A stretch of DNA of 64,000 nucleotides from Candidatus Nealsonbacteria bacterium (GCA_047456295.1 CP179887.1:175159-239158), one strand, 5' to 3'; positions 36,139-47,307 are shown, numbered from the stretch's first letter. Made by a program: numbers and translations. The notes: generated from the sequence alone by a model not told the origin.

Positions 36139-36367
36139 TTCAGGAAACTTGCCGAATTATCTCTCAACATCTGTCAATAGTGAGCTGTGGGTAAGTCTCC
36201 CTTTACGCCAAGTAAACTCTCGGCCTTGACAAGAACAGGTAAGGGTCTTGACAGGGGTGTCAGGAAGATGATAATATCATATCAAGAAGTCCTTACCGTA
36301 GCTTAGGTTTCGGTAAGTAACAAGAAGGCCATTTGGCCTTTTTGTTTTGTATTGTTATAATCGAAAC

Positions 36368-36916
36368 ATGAGAAGAGTAGCTGTGTTTATAGATAATAGT
36401 AATATTTTTCACTGTTTGCATAATCTGAAAAAAATTGACGGAAAGTGGATTTGTCTTTATAATCCCTTAATTTTAGCTCAAAAATTAGCTGGAGACAGAC
36501 AACTTGTTTATGTTGGATTTTATTGTTGTCACCCGCCTTCATATCTTTTAGGAGAAGGGGGTTATAGCGAGACAAAATACAAAAAAGCAATGAAATATTA
36601 TGGAGCTATCGAGAAAATGCCTGAAGTAACAATAAAATATGGTTATCTTAAGGGTAGTAAGGGAAATCTTGTAGAAAAGAATTTAGACACTCAAGTCTCC
36701 TCTGATTTATTAACGAAAGCAGATGAATATGATACTGCAATCATTGTATCTAATGATGGCGACTATGTGAGCCCAGTATTGGGAGCAAAAAATAAATTTA
36801 ACAAAAAAATTGAAGTGGCTTATTTCAAGGGGCTACTTTCTATGAATCTTGGAAGAGTGTGTGACGTACCCAGAAGATTAAGACCTTCTTATTTCGTCAA
36901 AATAGATTTACCATAA
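36368..36916 (+). CDS. NYN-domain (LabA-like, PIN-related) putative RNase
   Basis: MRRVAVFIDNSNIFH...IIVSNDGDYVSPV. TATAAT lies at 36355-36360, only about 7 nt before the ATG. Confidence 0.75.
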   Translation: MRRVAVFIDNSNIFHCLHNLKKIDGKWICLYNPLILAQKLAGDRQLVYVGFYCCHPPSYLLGEGGYSETKYKKAMKYYGAIEKMPEVTIKYGYLKGSKGNLVEKNLDTQVSSDLLTKADEYDTAIIVSNDGDYVSPVLGAKNKFNKKIEVAYFKGLLSMNLGRVCDVPRRLRPSYFVKIDLP

Positions 36917-36970
36917 AAAACCTTCTTCCTCAACTTCAAAATAGATATCTAACAATCACAAAATTATAGA

Positions 36971-37279
36971 TTATTCAGAAAGGACTCCCTTCAACCACTT
37001 TGAATATTTTTTACTAACCCTGCCTAAGGGAATTTCCAAAATACAGGGAACCTCATAACCATGGTTTTTTAAAATAAAGCTTTCAATCTTTTTAAAGTTT
37101 TTCTTTTGGGTCTTAATAATTACTGCCACCTCCTTGTCTTTGACAATCTTTCTCTGCCAAGAATAAATGGAATCAATGGGAAAAATGTTAACGCAGGCAG
37201 CTAATTTTTTCTGGATCAGCTTTTTTCCAATTTCCCTGGCTTCTTTTTTATTTTTAAAAATAGAATAAATAAGAATCAT
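36971..37279 (-). CDS. cutA: divalent-cation tolerance protein CutA
   Basis: MILIYSIFKNKKEAREIGKKLIQKKLAACVNIFP...YSWQ... matches the CutA1 pattern. The ORF opens further upstream at 37357. Confidence 0.8.
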   Translation of the reverse strand: MILIYSIFKNKKEAREIGKKLIQKKLAACVNIFPIDSIYSWQRKIVKDKEVAVIIKTQKKNFKKIESFILKNHGYEVPCILEIPLGRVSKKYSKWLKGVLSE

Positions 37280-37384
37280 GTTTTTATCTATTTTAACAAT
37301 AATCTCTTTTCCAAGAATTCTCAAGAAATTAAAAATGATTGGAGCAATTCCAATCACGTTTCAAAACAAAATTAAATAAAAGCT

Positions 37385-38062
37385 TTACTTTCCAAACCTT
37401 CTCTGCCTCCTAGCATACTCTGAAAGAGCCTTGTTTAAGTCTTCCTTATTAAAACCCGGCCAGTATTTTTTTAAAAAATAAAGTTCTGAATAAGCTGCCT
37501 GCCATATTAAAAAGTTAGAAAGCCGCTGCTCTTTGCCTGTTCTAATAACCAAATCCAGATCAGAAGTCCAGAGGTTTTTGGAGATTAATTTTTCACTGAT
37601 TCTTTTTGGAGAGATTTTACTTTTAACGATTTTTCTTACAGCCTCAACAATCTCTCCCCTCCCTCCGTAACTGAGGGCGAAGTTTAAAATCATTTTTTTG
37701 TTCTTTCTGGTTGTTTTTTCAGCTTTTTCCACTGCTTCCCGGACAGATTCAGGCAACCTCTCCCTTTCTCCGATTACCCTCATCTTAATACCGTGTTTGG
37801 CCATTTCTTTTACATCAACTGTCATGGCTCTTTTGGCCAGAACCATTAAATAATCAACCTCTTTTCTTGACCTTTTCCAGTTCTCGGTTGAGAAGATAAA
37901 TAAGGTCAAGACCTTTATTCCCTTTTCTTTACACCATTTTGCCACTTCTTTTATCTTTCCCAAACCTCTCCTGTGTCCTTCAAAAGCAGGCAAACCCCTT
38001 TCCTTTGCCCATCTCCTGTTTCCGTCTAAAATAATGCCCAGATGTCTGGGGATTTTTTTCAT
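37385..38062 (-). CDS. uppS: isoprenyl transferase (undecaprenyl-diphosphate synthase family)
   Basis: HLGIILDGNRRWA...RTGKEQRLSNFLIWQAAYSELYF. Confidence 0.92.
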   Translation of the reverse strand: MKKIPRHLGIILDGNRRWAKERGLPAFEGHRRGLGKIKEVAKWCKEKGIKVLTLFIFSTENWKRSRKEVDYLMVLAKRAMTVDVKEMAKHGIKMRVIGERERLPESVREAVEKAEKTTRKNKKMILNFALSYGGRGEIVEAVRKIVKSKISPKRISEKLISKNLWTSDLDLVIRTGKEQRLSNFLIWQAAYSELYFLKKYWPGFNKEDLNKALSEYARRQRRFGK

Positions 38063-38065
38063 ATC

Positions 38066-39004
38066 CTAGAATAAAAAATCATTTTCTATTTTAATATTTT
38101 TGGGTAAAAACCAAGGAATCTTAAAGCCAGAAAGATAAACCAATTTAGTGCCAATCTTTGAAAAAATAATCCTTGGCAAAAAGAATTTCTTCAACTCCTT
38201 CCTATATTTTAAGAAATCTGGGAAACTTTTCAATAAGATGTCAGCTGCCATCAATCCCCACACAACCCCTCCTCCTGACCAGGGTTTGGTCAAGCCTGCT
38301 GCGTCGCCACAGAGGGTAACTGCAGGGTCAGAAGGGACTATAAATCCCTGGGGAACCAGAGCTGAATTTATTTTTTCCAAATGAATGTTTCTTTGTTTTA
38401 AAAATTTATCAAAGATTACTCTGGCCCTGTTCATTTTTTCAATGATGCCATATTCTATTTCTTCTCCCCTGGGAATCTTCCACAAAAACCCTTGTTTGGT
38501 CGGCCAGGTCTCAACAAAATTTGAAGAATCTTTCTTAACAATGAATCCCTGAATTCCCAGACGAAACCAGGGGTTTTTTAATTTTAAAAGCTTTCTGATT
38601 CCAGAGACAGCTCCGTCACACCCTATTATCCTATCAAACCCTTTGGGAAAAGAATCAATTTTCTTATTTAAAATAATCTCTGCCCCGGCTTTTTCAGCTA
38701 AAGGCAAAACCAGTCTGTCTAATTCATCATGCCTCATAACAAAGAATTTCTTTGAAAATCTGAGCTTTACTGTTTTTTTGGGAAAATGTAAAAGGGCGTA
38801 TTCTATCTGGTTCTGAATCAGATTCTGGCTTCCAGGAATAAAATCTAATATTCTTTGGGAAAAGAGTCCGGAACAAGCCTGCTTTCCAATCTTTTTATTC
38901 TTTTCAAATAAGGTTACCTTAAATCCCTTTTCAGATAATTTCCAGGCCAGATAAATCCCGCAAATCCCTGCTCCAACAATGGCTGTTTTTTGGTTTTTGT
39001 TCAT
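38066..39004 (-). CDS. FAD-dependent oxidoreductase (geranylgeranyl-reductase-like)
   Basis: KTAIVGAGICGIYLAWKLSEKGFKVTLFEK dinucleotide-binding motif. Start at 39004 or 39028. Confidence 0.75.
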   Translation of the reverse strand: MNKNQKTAIVGAGICGIYLAWKLSEKGFKVTLFEKNKKIGKQACSGLFSQRILDFIPGSQNLIQNQIEYALLHFPKKTVKLRFSKKFFVMRHDELDRLVLPLAEKAGAEIILNKKIDSFPKGFDRIIGCDGAVSGIRKLLKLKNPWFRLGIQGFIVKKDSSNFVETWPTKQGFLWKIPRGEEIEYGIIEKMNRARVIFDKFLKQRNIHLEKINSALVPQGFIVPSDPAVTLCGDAAGLTKPWSGGGVVWGLMAADILLKSFPDFLKYRKELKKFFLPRIIFSKIGTKLVYLSGFKIPWFLPKNIKIENDFLF

Positions 39005-39167
39005 AAAAAACATTCTCTTTGTACTCAATTCTTACGGGTTCCTTTTCTTGCTGTTTGGCTATAATATAACCTAGAGCAAAAGAAAGTAAAGAAATCAAAA
39101 TAACACCAACCAATAAAACTATGTCATCCTGATGCTCCTTGAAAAACTGAATTAAGTTTAACGACAT
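38931..39167 (-). CDS. possible small membrane protein overlapping the reductase start
   Basis: 78-aa ORF with the helix IVLLVGVILISLLSFALGYII. It overlaps the next gene by 74-98 nt, which lowers confidence. Confidence 0.35.
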   Translation of the reverse strand: MSLNLIQFFKEHQDDIVLLVGVILISLLSFALGYIIAKQQEKEPVRIEYKENVFYEQKPKNSHCWSRDLRDLSGLEII

Positions 39168-39172
39168 CAGCT

Positions 39173-40795
39173 TTATTTCCTAATACAGGCTTTAATAAAC
39201 TCTTTAAACAATGGATGAGGTCTCAGGGGTCTTGCTTGAAATTCAGGATGAAATTGGGTTCCAAGAAAAAATGGATGATTCTTAATCTCAATTATCTCGA
39301 CCAGGTCTTTTTTAGGATTAATTCCAGCTAAAATCATTCCTTTTTTCTCCAGTCTCTCTCTGAATTCATTGTTTAATTCATAGCGGTGGCGGTGGCGTTC
39401 AAAAACATATTCCTTATTTCCATAAGCCTTAAAACTCCTAGTGTGTTTTTTAAGTTTACATTTATAAGCACCCAGTCTCATTGTCCCACCGTATCGTTTT
39501 TCCTTCAAGAGTGCTTTTTGGTCTAACATTACATCAATCACCGGGTATTTGGTTTTTTTTGAAAACTCAGTAGAATTTGCTTTTTTTAAACCGCAGACAT
39601 TCCTGGCAAATTCAATCACAGCTAACTGCATGCCCAGACAAAGACCCAAAAAAGGAATCTTATTGATTCTGGCAAATTTAATTGCTTTTATCTTTCCCTC
39701 AATTCCCCTGTTTCCAAAACCACCGGGAATGATAATACCGTCGTAATCCTTGAGTTCCTTTAAAGACCTGGGTGATTTTTCATATTTTTCAGCAGACAGC
39801 CAGAATATCTCTGGTTTTCTTTTCAAGGAATAAACAGCGTGCTTTATTGCCTCAATGATTGAAATATAAGAATCCATCAGGGTAAATTCTCCTGTCATGA
39901 AATATTTCCCCACCATGCCGATCCTAACAGGTGTCCTGGCAGTCTTGATTGCCTTTACTAATTTTTTCCAGTCTTTTAAATTCCGCTTTCTTGATCTTAA
40001 GCCAAATTTATTCAATATCCTGTTTCCCAGATGTTCTTTCTCAAAAATAGCGGGGACCTCGTAAATCGATTTGGTGTTGGGAGCTGAAATAACGTCTTCC
40101 TTTCGCACGTTACAGAATATTGAAATCTTCCTTTTCCTGGGTTCGTCCAAAGGAAGCCTGGCCCGACCCAGAATAATATCAGGTTGAATTCCTGCCTCAT
40201 TTAAAAGCTTGGCTGCTGTCTGGGTGGGTTTGGTCTTCATTTCTCCTATGGTTTCAGGGATGGGCAGATAGGAAACTAAAATAAAGATTACTCCCTTGGG
40301 ATTTTGCAGCTTCATCATTCTGGCTGCCTCCAAAAACAACATGTTCTGGTATTCGCCTACCGTCCCCCCAATCTCAATTAAGGTAAAGTCAGCCTTGCTC
40401 TTTTTGGTTGCTCTTTTAATTCTTAAAATAACCTCATTTGGAATGTCAGGAACCACTTCAACACACCGCCCATCATATTCCAGGTTTCTCTCCCTGTTAA
40501 TGACGGTCTGATAAACCCTGCCTGTGGTAATGTAGTTGTCTGTTGTTAAGGTTTCATCTAAAAACCTCTCGTAATTTCCAATGTCCTGGTCACACTCTGT
40601 ACCGTCATCCATAACAAAAACTTCCCCATGTTCTGTGGGGTTCATTGTTCCGGCATCGACATTGATATAGGGGTCGATTTTAATGGCAGTGACCTTAAAA
40701 CCTTTTGACTTTAAAATCCTTCCTATGGAAGCTGTTGCCACTCCTTTGCCGACCCCGGACATTACGCCGCCGGCAACAAATATAAATCTTGGCAT
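39173..40795 (-). CDS. pyrG: CTP synthase
   Basis: MPRFIFVAGGVMSGVGKG N-terminus. Glutamine amidotransferase motifs GLCLGMQ and HRHRYE. Confidence 0.95.
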   Translation of the reverse strand: MPRFIFVAGGVMSGVGKGVATASIGRILKSKGFKVTAIKIDPYINVDAGTMNPTEHGEVFVMDDGTECDQDIGNYERFLDETLTTDNYITTGRVYQTVINRERNLEYDGRCVEVVPDIPNEVILRIKRATKKSKADFTLIEIGGTVGEYQNMLFLEAARMMKLQNPKGVIFILVSYLPIPETIGEMKTKPTQTAAKLLNEAGIQPDIILGRARLPLDEPRKRKISIFCNVRKEDVISAPNTKSIYEVPAIFEKEHLGNRILNKFGLRSRKRNLKDWKKLVKAIKTARTPVRIGMVGKYFMTGEFTLMDSYISIIEAIKHAVYSLKRKPEIFWLSAEKYEKSPRSLKELKDYDGIIIPGGFGNRGIEGKIKAIKFARINKIPFLGLCLGMQLAVIEFARNVCGLKKANSTEFSKKTKYPVIDVMLDQKALLKEKRYGGTMRLGAYKCKLKKHTRSFKAYGNKEYVFERHRHRYELNNEFRERLEKKGMILAGINPKKDLVEIIEIKNHPFFLGTQFHPEFQARPLRPHPLFKEFIKACIRK

Positions 40796-40796
40796 A

Positions 40797-41243
40797 TTAC
40801 TTTTCCTCTGCCACTATTACTGTTATGTCTGCTTCTAGATTGTGTTCAAACTTAATTTTAATGGGAAACTCTCCAAGACTCTCAATGGTCTCTGGAAGTT
40901 CAATCTGGCTTTTTTTAACATTAAAACCCATTTTTTTAATTTTTTCATAAATTTTTTGAGAGGTAATTGATTCAAACAACTGGCCTTCCTCACCCAGCTT
41001 AACAGAAATTACTACTTCCTGTCCTGCCATACTGCTGGCTAATGCCTGAATCTTTTTTAACTCCTCTTCTGCTTTTTCTTTTTCTTTTTCTTTCTGAAAT
41101 TCTAATTTTTTTAACTCTTGTTCTGTGGCTGCTTTGGCCAAACCCTGAGGAATCAAAAAGTTTCTGGCATAACCATCTTTGACTTCTTTAACCTCGTATT
41201 TTTTTCCTACATTTTCAACGTCTTTGAGAAATATGACCCGCAT
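40797..41243 (-). CDS. rplI: 50S ribosomal protein L9
   Basis: [36 protein letters not shown]. Confidence 0.93.
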   Translation of the reverse strand: MRVIFLKDVENVGKKYEVKEVKDGYARNFLIPQGLAKAATEQELKKLEFQKEKEKEKAEEELKKIQALASSMAGQEVVISVKLGEEGQLFESITSQKIYEKIKKMGFNVKKSQIELPETIESLGEFPIKIKFEHNLEADITVIVAEEK

Positions 41244-41257
41244 ATTAAATTAGTGTA

Positions 41258-42439
41258 CTATAAACTTTTAATTATCTCAATAGCTTTGTCTAATTGAGGA
41301 TCCCTTTCCTGCTCATAATCTTCCTCGGTTATTTCTATTTCAATGTCTGGTTCCAATCCCCTATCTGTAATAAGCTGTCCTTCTGGAGTATACCATTTTG
41401 CCACTGTAATCTTTAAACTGGAACCGCCCCTTAATTTTTCCAATTCCTGAACCGAACCCTTGCCAAAGGACTTCTTCCCTATCAACAATATACCTCGATT
41501 GTCCCTTAAAGCCCCAGCTAGAATTTCAGAACCTGAAGCAGAACCTTCATTTATTAATATCACAATCTTATAATCTAAAAATCCTGAGTTTCCTTCAGCC
41601 TTGTATTCTTTTTTATTTCCGTTCCCGAAATCCTCAATTACAACAATGTTTCCTTTTTCCAAAAACCAACCTGCAATATCCTGGGCTACCTCCAGATAAC
41701 CACCGGGATTGTTCCTCAAATCCAGGATTATCTTTCTGGCTGAACTATCCAGGATTTCAAAACCTGCTTTTCTGAAATCAAAAGCAGCCTTTCCACTGAA
41801 CTGGTAGAGTTTTAAATAAGCAATGTCATCATCTATTATTTCCCATTTCAAAGAAGGAACCTCAATAACGCCCCTGGTAATTTTAACTTCCTTGGTTTTT
41901 TCCCAGTCTTTCCGATAAATGGTCAAAGCCACCTCAGTTCCTTTAGGTCCCCTGATCAAATCAACAACTTCTTCAATGCTCAAATCAGCTGTCAGGGTGT
42001 CATCAACCTTGATAATCTTATCACCTGCCAGCAAGCCTGCTTTCTGGGCAGGGGTTCCCTCCAAAGGCGCTATTACCTGCAGCTGGCCCTTTCTGATTCC
42101 TATTTCCATTCCCACTCCTTCAAAAACACCTTTTACGTCTTCAATAAATCTTTTTGTGTCTTCTGGAGACAGAAACAAGGTATAAGGGTCTTCCAGAGAT
42201 TTCACCATGCCTGAAATGGCTCCGTAAATCATTTCCTGGCTATCAAATTTTTCTTTGTCTACAAATTTCTCCTGGAGTTTATGATAAGCCTCCCAGAAAA
42301 GAGAGAAATCAAGGTCCTGGGGCGGACAGACCTCACAAACCTTCTGAACATCTCCTGTCCAGAATCCCAGACCAAAAACCCCCAGGATTACAACAGCTAA
42401 GAATATTAAATTTATTTTTATTTTATTTTGAAAAAACAT
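41258..42439 (-). CDS. S41-family C-terminal processing peptidase with PDZ domain
   Basis: N-terminal TM anchor, PDZ (PAQKAGLLAGDKIIKVD), and catalytic region INEGSASGSEILAGAL...GKKSFGKGS. Confidence 0.88.
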   Translation of the reverse strand: MFFQNKIKINLIFLAVVILGVFGLGFWTGDVQKVCEVCPPQDLDFSLFWEAYHKLQEKFVDKEKFDSQEMIYGAISGMVKSLEDPYTLFLSPEDTKRFIEDVKGVFEGVGMEIGIRKGQLQVIAPLEGTPAQKAGLLAGDKIIKVDDTLTADLSIEEVVDLIRGPKGTEVALTIYRKDWEKTKEVKITRGVIEVPSLKWEIIDDDIAYLKLYQFSGKAAFDFRKAGFEILDSSARKIILDLRNNPGGYLEVAQDIAGWFLEKGNIVVIEDFGNGNKKEYKAEGNSGFLDYKIVILINEGSASGSEILAGALRDNRGILLIGKKSFGKGSVQELEKLRGGSSLKITVAKWYTPEGQLITDRGLEPDIEIEITEEDYEQERDPQLDKAIEIIKSL

Positions 42440-42523
42440 CCTAATAATATTCTTTTTATCAAATTTTAAATTAAAAGTCTATTCTGGTTTGTCAATATGA
42501 ACAGCTAGTTCTTACATAAAAAG

Positions 42524-42594
42524 TGGGTCCACTAGGATTCGAACCTAGATTAATAGCTTAAAAGGCTACTACTCTACCATTGAGTTATGGACCC
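42524..42594 (-). tRNA. tRNA-Lys (anticodon UUU)
   Basis: The minus strand GGGTCCATAACTCAATGGTAGAGTAGTAGCCTTTTAAGCTATTAATCTAGGTTCGAATCCTAGTGGACCCA folds as a cloverleaf. Acceptor GGGTCCA/TGGACCC, anticodon loop CTTTTAA, T-arm CTAGG-TTCGAAT-CCTAG. CCA is not encoded. Confidence 0.9.
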
Positions 42595-42679
42595 TATATA
42601 ATAATATTTTACTACTTTAAAGGTAAAAATCAACTAATAAACAGTTGATTTTAATCAAAACTAATGTAGTGAAATTTTA

Positions 42680-43759
42680 TTACATCCCTTCTCTTTTCAA
42701 TTCCTTCAGTAATTCTTTTTGCTTTTTGGTAAGTCCTTTTGGAGTCTTTATGATTAATTCAATATAAAGATTTCCCCTTCCCCGGCCTGAAAAGTGAGGA
42801 ATTCCTTTTTTGGAAATCCGCAATATCTTGCCTGACTCAGTACCTGCTGGAACCTTTAACAGAATCTTCTTTCCTTCCAAGACAGATACCTCTATTTCAT
42901 CACCCAGGGCTGCCTGAGAAAAAGAAATGGGTAATACAGTATATAAATCATCCCCTGTTCTCTGAAAAATCGGGTGTTTCTTTATTAAAATCCTGATGTA
43001 TAAATCTCCTGGCTTTCCTCCTTTCCTGCCAGCACTTCCCCTTGCTTCAACCTTAATTATCTGATTGGTATCTACTCCAGCTGGTATGAAAACATTAATC
43101 TTTTCCCTGCCCTTGATCCTTCCCTCTCCCTGGCAGACATTACAGGGTTTTTCAGGTTTGTATCCTTCTCCCCCGCATTCAGGACACACAATGTATTTGG
43201 TAAATGTGCCCAAAAATGTCTTTTTAATCTGCTGGACCTGACCTGTGCCCCGACAGGAGAAACATTCCCTGGTTCTGGTACCAGGCTCAGCTCCCTTTCC
43301 CTGACATCTGGGACATACGTTCATTTTCTCCAACACTATTGTCTTTTCTTTTCCTTCCAATACATCTTCCAATGAAACCTCCATCTCGATTTTAATATCC
43401 TTTCCTTTTTTAAAATCTCTTCTTTTACCAGAAGTACCATAACCGAATATCTCTTTTAACATCTCTTCCAAATCGTCAAAACCAAATTCAAAGTTGATGT
43501 CCGGCCTTCCCCACCCCCATTGAAAATCAAATCCTGGATGGGTACCCGTTCTTTCAAACACATTTCCAAAATTATCGTACTGGGCTCTTTTTTCCTTATC
43601 TGAAAGAATCTGATAAGCTTCATTTATCTCTTTGAATCTCTTCTCGTCTCCTCCGTCCTTATCTGGATGATATTTGTGAGCCAGCTTGTAATAAGCTTTC
43701 TTTATCTCTTGTGGAGTAGCTTTTTTAGAAACACCTAAGATTTTATAATAGTCTCTCAT
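42680..43759 (-). CDS. dnaJ: molecular chaperone DnaJ
   Basis: J-domain with HPD (KYHPDK) and four CxxCxG zinc-finger repeats. Confidence 0.95.
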   Translation of the reverse strand: MRDYYKILGVSKKATPQEIKKAYYKLAHKYHPDKDGGDEKRFKEINEAYQILSDKEKRAQYDNFGNVFERTGTHPGFDFQWGWGRPDINFEFGFDDLEEMLKEIFGYGTSGKRRDFKKGKDIKIEMEVSLEDVLEGKEKTIVLEKMNVCPRCQGKGAEPGTRTRECFSCRGTGQVQQIKKTFLGTFTKYIVCPECGGEGYKPEKPCNVCQGEGRIKGREKINVFIPAGVDTNQIIKVEARGSAGRKGGKPGDLYIRILIKKHPIFQRTGDDLYTVLPISFSQAALGDEIEVSVLEGKKILLKVPAGTESGKILRISKKGIPHFSGRGRGNLYIELIIKTPKGLTKKQKELLKELKREGM

Positions 43760-43761
43760 GT

Positions 43762-45660
43762 TTATTTTTCTTTATATTCCCCTTCTTCGGTTTTGGGTTG
43801 TTTTGGGGTTTCAGATTTCTTTTCTTCAGCTGCTTTCTTGTACATTTCAGCTCCAATCTTTTGAATCGCCTGAGATAATTCAGAAGTCTTGTTTTTAATA
43901 TCCTGTATATTATCACCTTCCTTTACTTTTTTCAAACCCTCAATCTTTTCTTCAATTTCCTTTTTGGTGTCTGAAGAAACCTTGTCTCCCAGTTCTCTCA
44001 AGGTCTTCTCTGAAGTATAAATCAGGTTGTCAGCCAGATTCTTTGCCTCAATGAATTCTCTTTTGTTTTTGTCTTCTTCAGCATGCAGTTCAGCTTCTTT
44101 TTTCATCTCTTCTATCTCTTGTTTTGAGAGACCGATGGAACCCTCAATCCTGATTGACTGAGAGATAGCAGTAGCTTTGTCTTTTGCTGTTACTGACAAA
44201 ATTCCATTGGCATCAATGTCGAAGATAACCTCTATCTGGGGAAGTCCTCTGGAAGCAGGAGGAATCCCGCTTAACACAAATTTACCCAGGGACCTGTTAT
44301 CAGCTGCCATTGGTCTTTCACCCTGTAAAACATTTATCTCAACCGATGTCTGATTGTCAGCTGCAGTTGAAAATATCTGGGTTTTTGAAGTAGGAATAGT
44401 GGTGTTCTTTGAAATCATAATGGTATGTACTCTCCCTAAGGTCTCAATCCCCAGAGACAAAGGCAACACGTCCAATAACAAAACACTCTTTATGTCTCCT
44501 TCAGGCGCTCTTCCTTCTTGTTTTGCCCTTAATATTTCAGCTTCAATGGCAGCTCCCATTGCCACCACCTCTTCAGGATTAATGGATTTGTTGGGCTCTT
44601 TGCCAAAATAATTCTTAACCGCATCTCTTACAGCCGGGGTCAGGGTAGTACCGCCAACCAGAACAATTTCATCAATTTCTTCCTTTGTCAGTTTTGCTTC
44701 TTTCAGGGTTTTTTTAACTCTTTCAACTGACCTTTCAACCAAATCTCTGATCAGGTTGTTAAACTGGGTCCTTGTTATTTTATAATACAGATGTTTGGGT
44801 CCTGCACTGTCAGAAGAAATAAATGGAAGGTTAATCTCTGTTTCCATTGCTGAAGACAATTCTATCTTGGCATTCTCTGAAGCCTCTTTTAATCTCTGTA
44901 AAGCCAAAGGGTCTTTTGATATATCTATCCCCTGTTCTTTTTTGAATTTATCCACAATCCAATCAATTATTTTCTGGTCAAAGTCATCCCCTCCCAAATG
45001 GGGCTCTCCTCCTGTTGCCATAACCTCAACCGTATCAGGAGAAACATTCAAGATAGAGATGTCAAAGGTCCCTCCTCCAAAATCATAAACAACAACCCTC
45101 TCTGATTTCTTTCTTCCCAGACCATATGTCAGGGCAGCTGATGTGGGTTCATTAATGATTCTTAAAACCTTGAACCCGGCAATCTCTCCGGCTGTCCTGG
45201 TTGCCTTTCTCTGAGAATCATCAAAGTTAGCAGGACAGGTAATGACAGCTGAATTTACTTTTTCACCTGTCTTTTCTTCTGCGTCCAGTCTTAGTTTCTG
45301 TAAAATCATTGAGGAAATTTCAATTGGGCTGTACCATTTATCCCCCATCTTTACCTCGACCCCCTTGTCTTTTCTCTCCCTTGTTTCATAGGGCAGTCTT
45401 TTTAATTCCTTCTGAACCTCAGGATCAGAATGTCTCCGACCAATGAATCTTTTTACTGAATGAATTGTGTTTTTGGGATTGGTAATGGCCTGTCTCTTTG
45501 CCAAGATACCAACAAGTCTTTCTCCATTTCTTGCTATTGCCACAACAGAGGGTGTTAAAACAGACCCCTCCCTGTTCTCCAGGCATTTGGGTTCACCCTG
45601 TAAAACAGTAGCCATTTTGGAGATGGATGTGCCCAAATCAATACCTAAAATTTTAGCCAT
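43762..45660 (-). CDS. dnaK: molecular chaperone DnaK (Hsp70)
   Basis: [17 protein letters not shown] and VLVGG Hsp70 signatures; 632 aa. Confidence 0.97.
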   Translation of the reverse strand: MAKILGIDLGTSISKMATVLQGEPKCLENREGSVLTPSVVAIARNGERLVGILAKRQAITNPKNTIHSVKRFIGRRHSDPEVQKELKRLPYETRERKDKGVEVKMGDKWYSPIEISSMILQKLRLDAEEKTGEKVNSAVITCPANFDDSQRKATRTAGEIAGFKVLRIINEPTSAALTYGLGRKKSERVVVYDFGGGTFDISILNVSPDTVEVMATGGEPHLGGDDFDQKIIDWIVDKFKKEQGIDISKDPLALQRLKEASENAKIELSSAMETEINLPFISSDSAGPKHLYYKITRTQFNNLIRDLVERSVERVKKTLKEAKLTKEEIDEIVLVGGTTLTPAVRDAVKNYFGKEPNKSINPEEVVAMGAAIEAEILRAKQEGRAPEGDIKSVLLLDVLPLSLGIETLGRVHTIMISKNTTIPTSKTQIFSTAADNQTSVEINVLQGERPMAADNRSLGKFVLSGIPPASRGLPQIEVIFDIDANGILSVTAKDKATAISQSIRIEGSIGLSKQEIEEMKKEAELHAEEDKNKREFIEAKNLADNLIYTSEKTLRELGDKVSSDTKKEIEEKIEGLKKVKEGDNIQDIKNKTSELSQAIQKIGAEMYKKAAEEKKSETPKQPKTEEGEYKEK

Positions 45661-45782
45661 AAATAGTATATACGCTTAAACATAAGAATATTAAAATAAA
45701 TGCTCCAATGTTTAAATAATTAAATGTTTTATTATTAAGCTGTTTTTGTTCCCTTAACCTTTATTTTAAAAAAAAGTTAAGA

Positions 45783-46073
45783 TTAATCCTTCCCTACATT
45801 AAATCCTATTTTTTCTTTAGGGGCTTGACCCTCCTTAATCTTGCCGAATTTCTCTTCATATTTCTCCATGTTTTCCTGAAGGGTCCTATTCATCCTCTTT
45901 AAGTGTCCTGGGTTCATAATTACCCTTGAAACCAACATTCCTCCTGGTGGGGCATTCAAGAAAAAATCTAGAATAAATTCCTCTTTATTGTGAATAATCT
46001 GCATCAGGTTTGAATAAACCCCTTTCAGATCTTCATTTCTTGCCCTTATCTTAATTTGTTTTTGTTCTTGCAT
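45783..46073 (-). CDS. DUF3467-like small protein
   Basis: 96 aa with GVYSNLMQIIHNKEEFILDFFL...VSRVIMNPGHLKRM. Sits between grpE and dnaK. Confidence 0.6.
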   Translation of the reverse strand: MQEQKQIKIRARNEDLKGVYSNLMQIIHNKEEFILDFFLNAPPGGMLVSRVIMNPGHLKRMNRTLQENMEKYEEKFGKIKEGQAPKEKIGFNVGKD

Positions 46074-46091
46074 ACTTTTACTTATTTTTTA

Positions 46092-46604
46092 TTATTTCAC
46101 AACCTTTACCTTTGCTGGCCGCAAAATCTTACCATGGATTTTGTAACCTTTCTGAACTTCTTCAATTATTGTTCCAGAAGCCACATCGGGTTTTTCAACC
46201 GCCTCCACAATTTCCTGAAAATTGGGATTAAATGTTTTACCCTTGTATTCTATCTCTTCAATCCCCTGGCTTTTTAAAATATCCTCAATCTGGGTTTTAA
46301 TCTGCAGCAATCCCTTTACATTCTTACTGGTTTTCAGTTTTTCAGGTATTTTCTTTTCAGCCAAATAAAAATTGTCTAAAATGGATAGAAACTTCAGAAC
46401 CAATCCCGTGTCAGCATATTTAATAATCTCTCCCACCCTTTCCATCTCCCCTTTTTTATAGTTTAAAAAATCTGCCCTTTCTCTCTGCCAGCCTGCCAGA
46501 TATTCATCTTTTAACTTCTGGCATTCTTTTAACTTTTGTTTAACCTCCTGCAGGGATAATTTTTTATCCTTCTTGTCTTTTTTTTCTCTTTCCATATTAC
46601 TCAA
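46092..46604 (-). CDS. grpE: nucleotide exchange factor GrpE
   Basis: Coiled N-terminus then YLAGWQRERADFLNYKKG and a C-terminal beta domain HGKILRPAKVKV. Confidence 0.9.
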   Translation of the reverse strand: MSNMEREKKDKKDKKLSLQEVKQKLKECQKLKDEYLAGWQRERADFLNYKKGEMERVGEIIKYADTGLVLKFLSILDNFYLAEKKIPEKLKTSKNVKGLLQIKTQIEDILKSQGIEEIEYKGKTFNPNFQEIVEAVEKPDVASGTIIEEVQKGYKIHGKILRPAKVKVVK

Positions 46605-47307
46605 GGCCCTCTAACATCTTTGCTATACAGTTAATCAAGCTGATGTTCTTCCCGTAGGGCATTCTTTTTGGTCCCAGCAAAGAAACAATACCTTCTTCTT
46701 TATCGGGAAAATGACACCTGGTGGTAATGATGCTAAAATCATTGGCTTTGCTAAAAGGATTCTCTTTACCGATGTAAACTTTAATTTCTGAATCCATATT
46801 GAAATTCTTAACATCCTTTTCAAAATTCTTTAAAAATTCCGTGAAATGGAAAACAAAATCCTTTTCTTCAAATTCAGGTTCTCTTAATATTTCTTCCCAC
46901 CCTTCTTTCCAGAAAAAGTCTTTTTCAAAAAGATGAATGGCTGCCAGATTTGAGGAAGCCATAGCCAGAAACCTTGACAGATGAGCAACAAACCTGAAGA
47001 TATCTTCCTTTTCCTGTTCTAACATCTCCTCTATCTTAAAGACATCTTCAAGTTCTGAAATTCCTTTTTCCAATAAATTATCAACAAAAAACCTGTAACC
47101 TTTGTCTGTTGGTATTCTTCCTGCTGAAGTATGGGGTTGATAAAGAAAGCCTGACTCAGTTAATCTCTGCATCTCACTCCTTATGGTTGCGGGACAAACC
47201 TTAAAATCATAGTTTTTCTCTATGAGTTGAGAACTAACAGGATGGGCAGAGTTAATGTGTTCTTCAATCACTCTCTCCAGTATAGATTTTTGTCTTTCAG
47301 TTATCAT
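46597..47307 (-). CDS. hrcA: heat-inducible transcription repressor HrcA (short form)
   Basis: MITERQKSILERVIEEHINSAHPVSSQLI winged-helix N-terminus. About 236 aa from the ATG at 47307 (the ORF opens at 47364). CIRCE lies upstream. Confidence 0.85.
   Translation of the reverse strand: MITERQKSILERVIEEHINSAHPVSSQLIEKNYDFKVCPATIRSEMQRLTESGFLYQPHTSAGRIPTDKGYRFFVDNLLEKGISELEDVFKIEEMLEQEKEDIFRFVAHLSRFLAMASSNLAAIHLFEKDFFWKEGWEEILREPEFEEKDFVFHFTEFLKNFEKDVKNFNMDSEIKVYIGKENPFSKANDFSIITTRCHFPDKEEGIVSLLGPKRMPYGKNISLINCIAKMLEGLE

Noticed and set aside
36139-36346. SRP RNA, RNase P RNA, tmRNA or 6S RNA in the GC-richer intergenic stretch
   Set aside because: Neither strand shows the diagnostic motifs. 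These would be the SRP GGAA/AGCA helix-8 pattern, RNase P GAGGAAAGUCC, or a tmRNA tRNA-like end.
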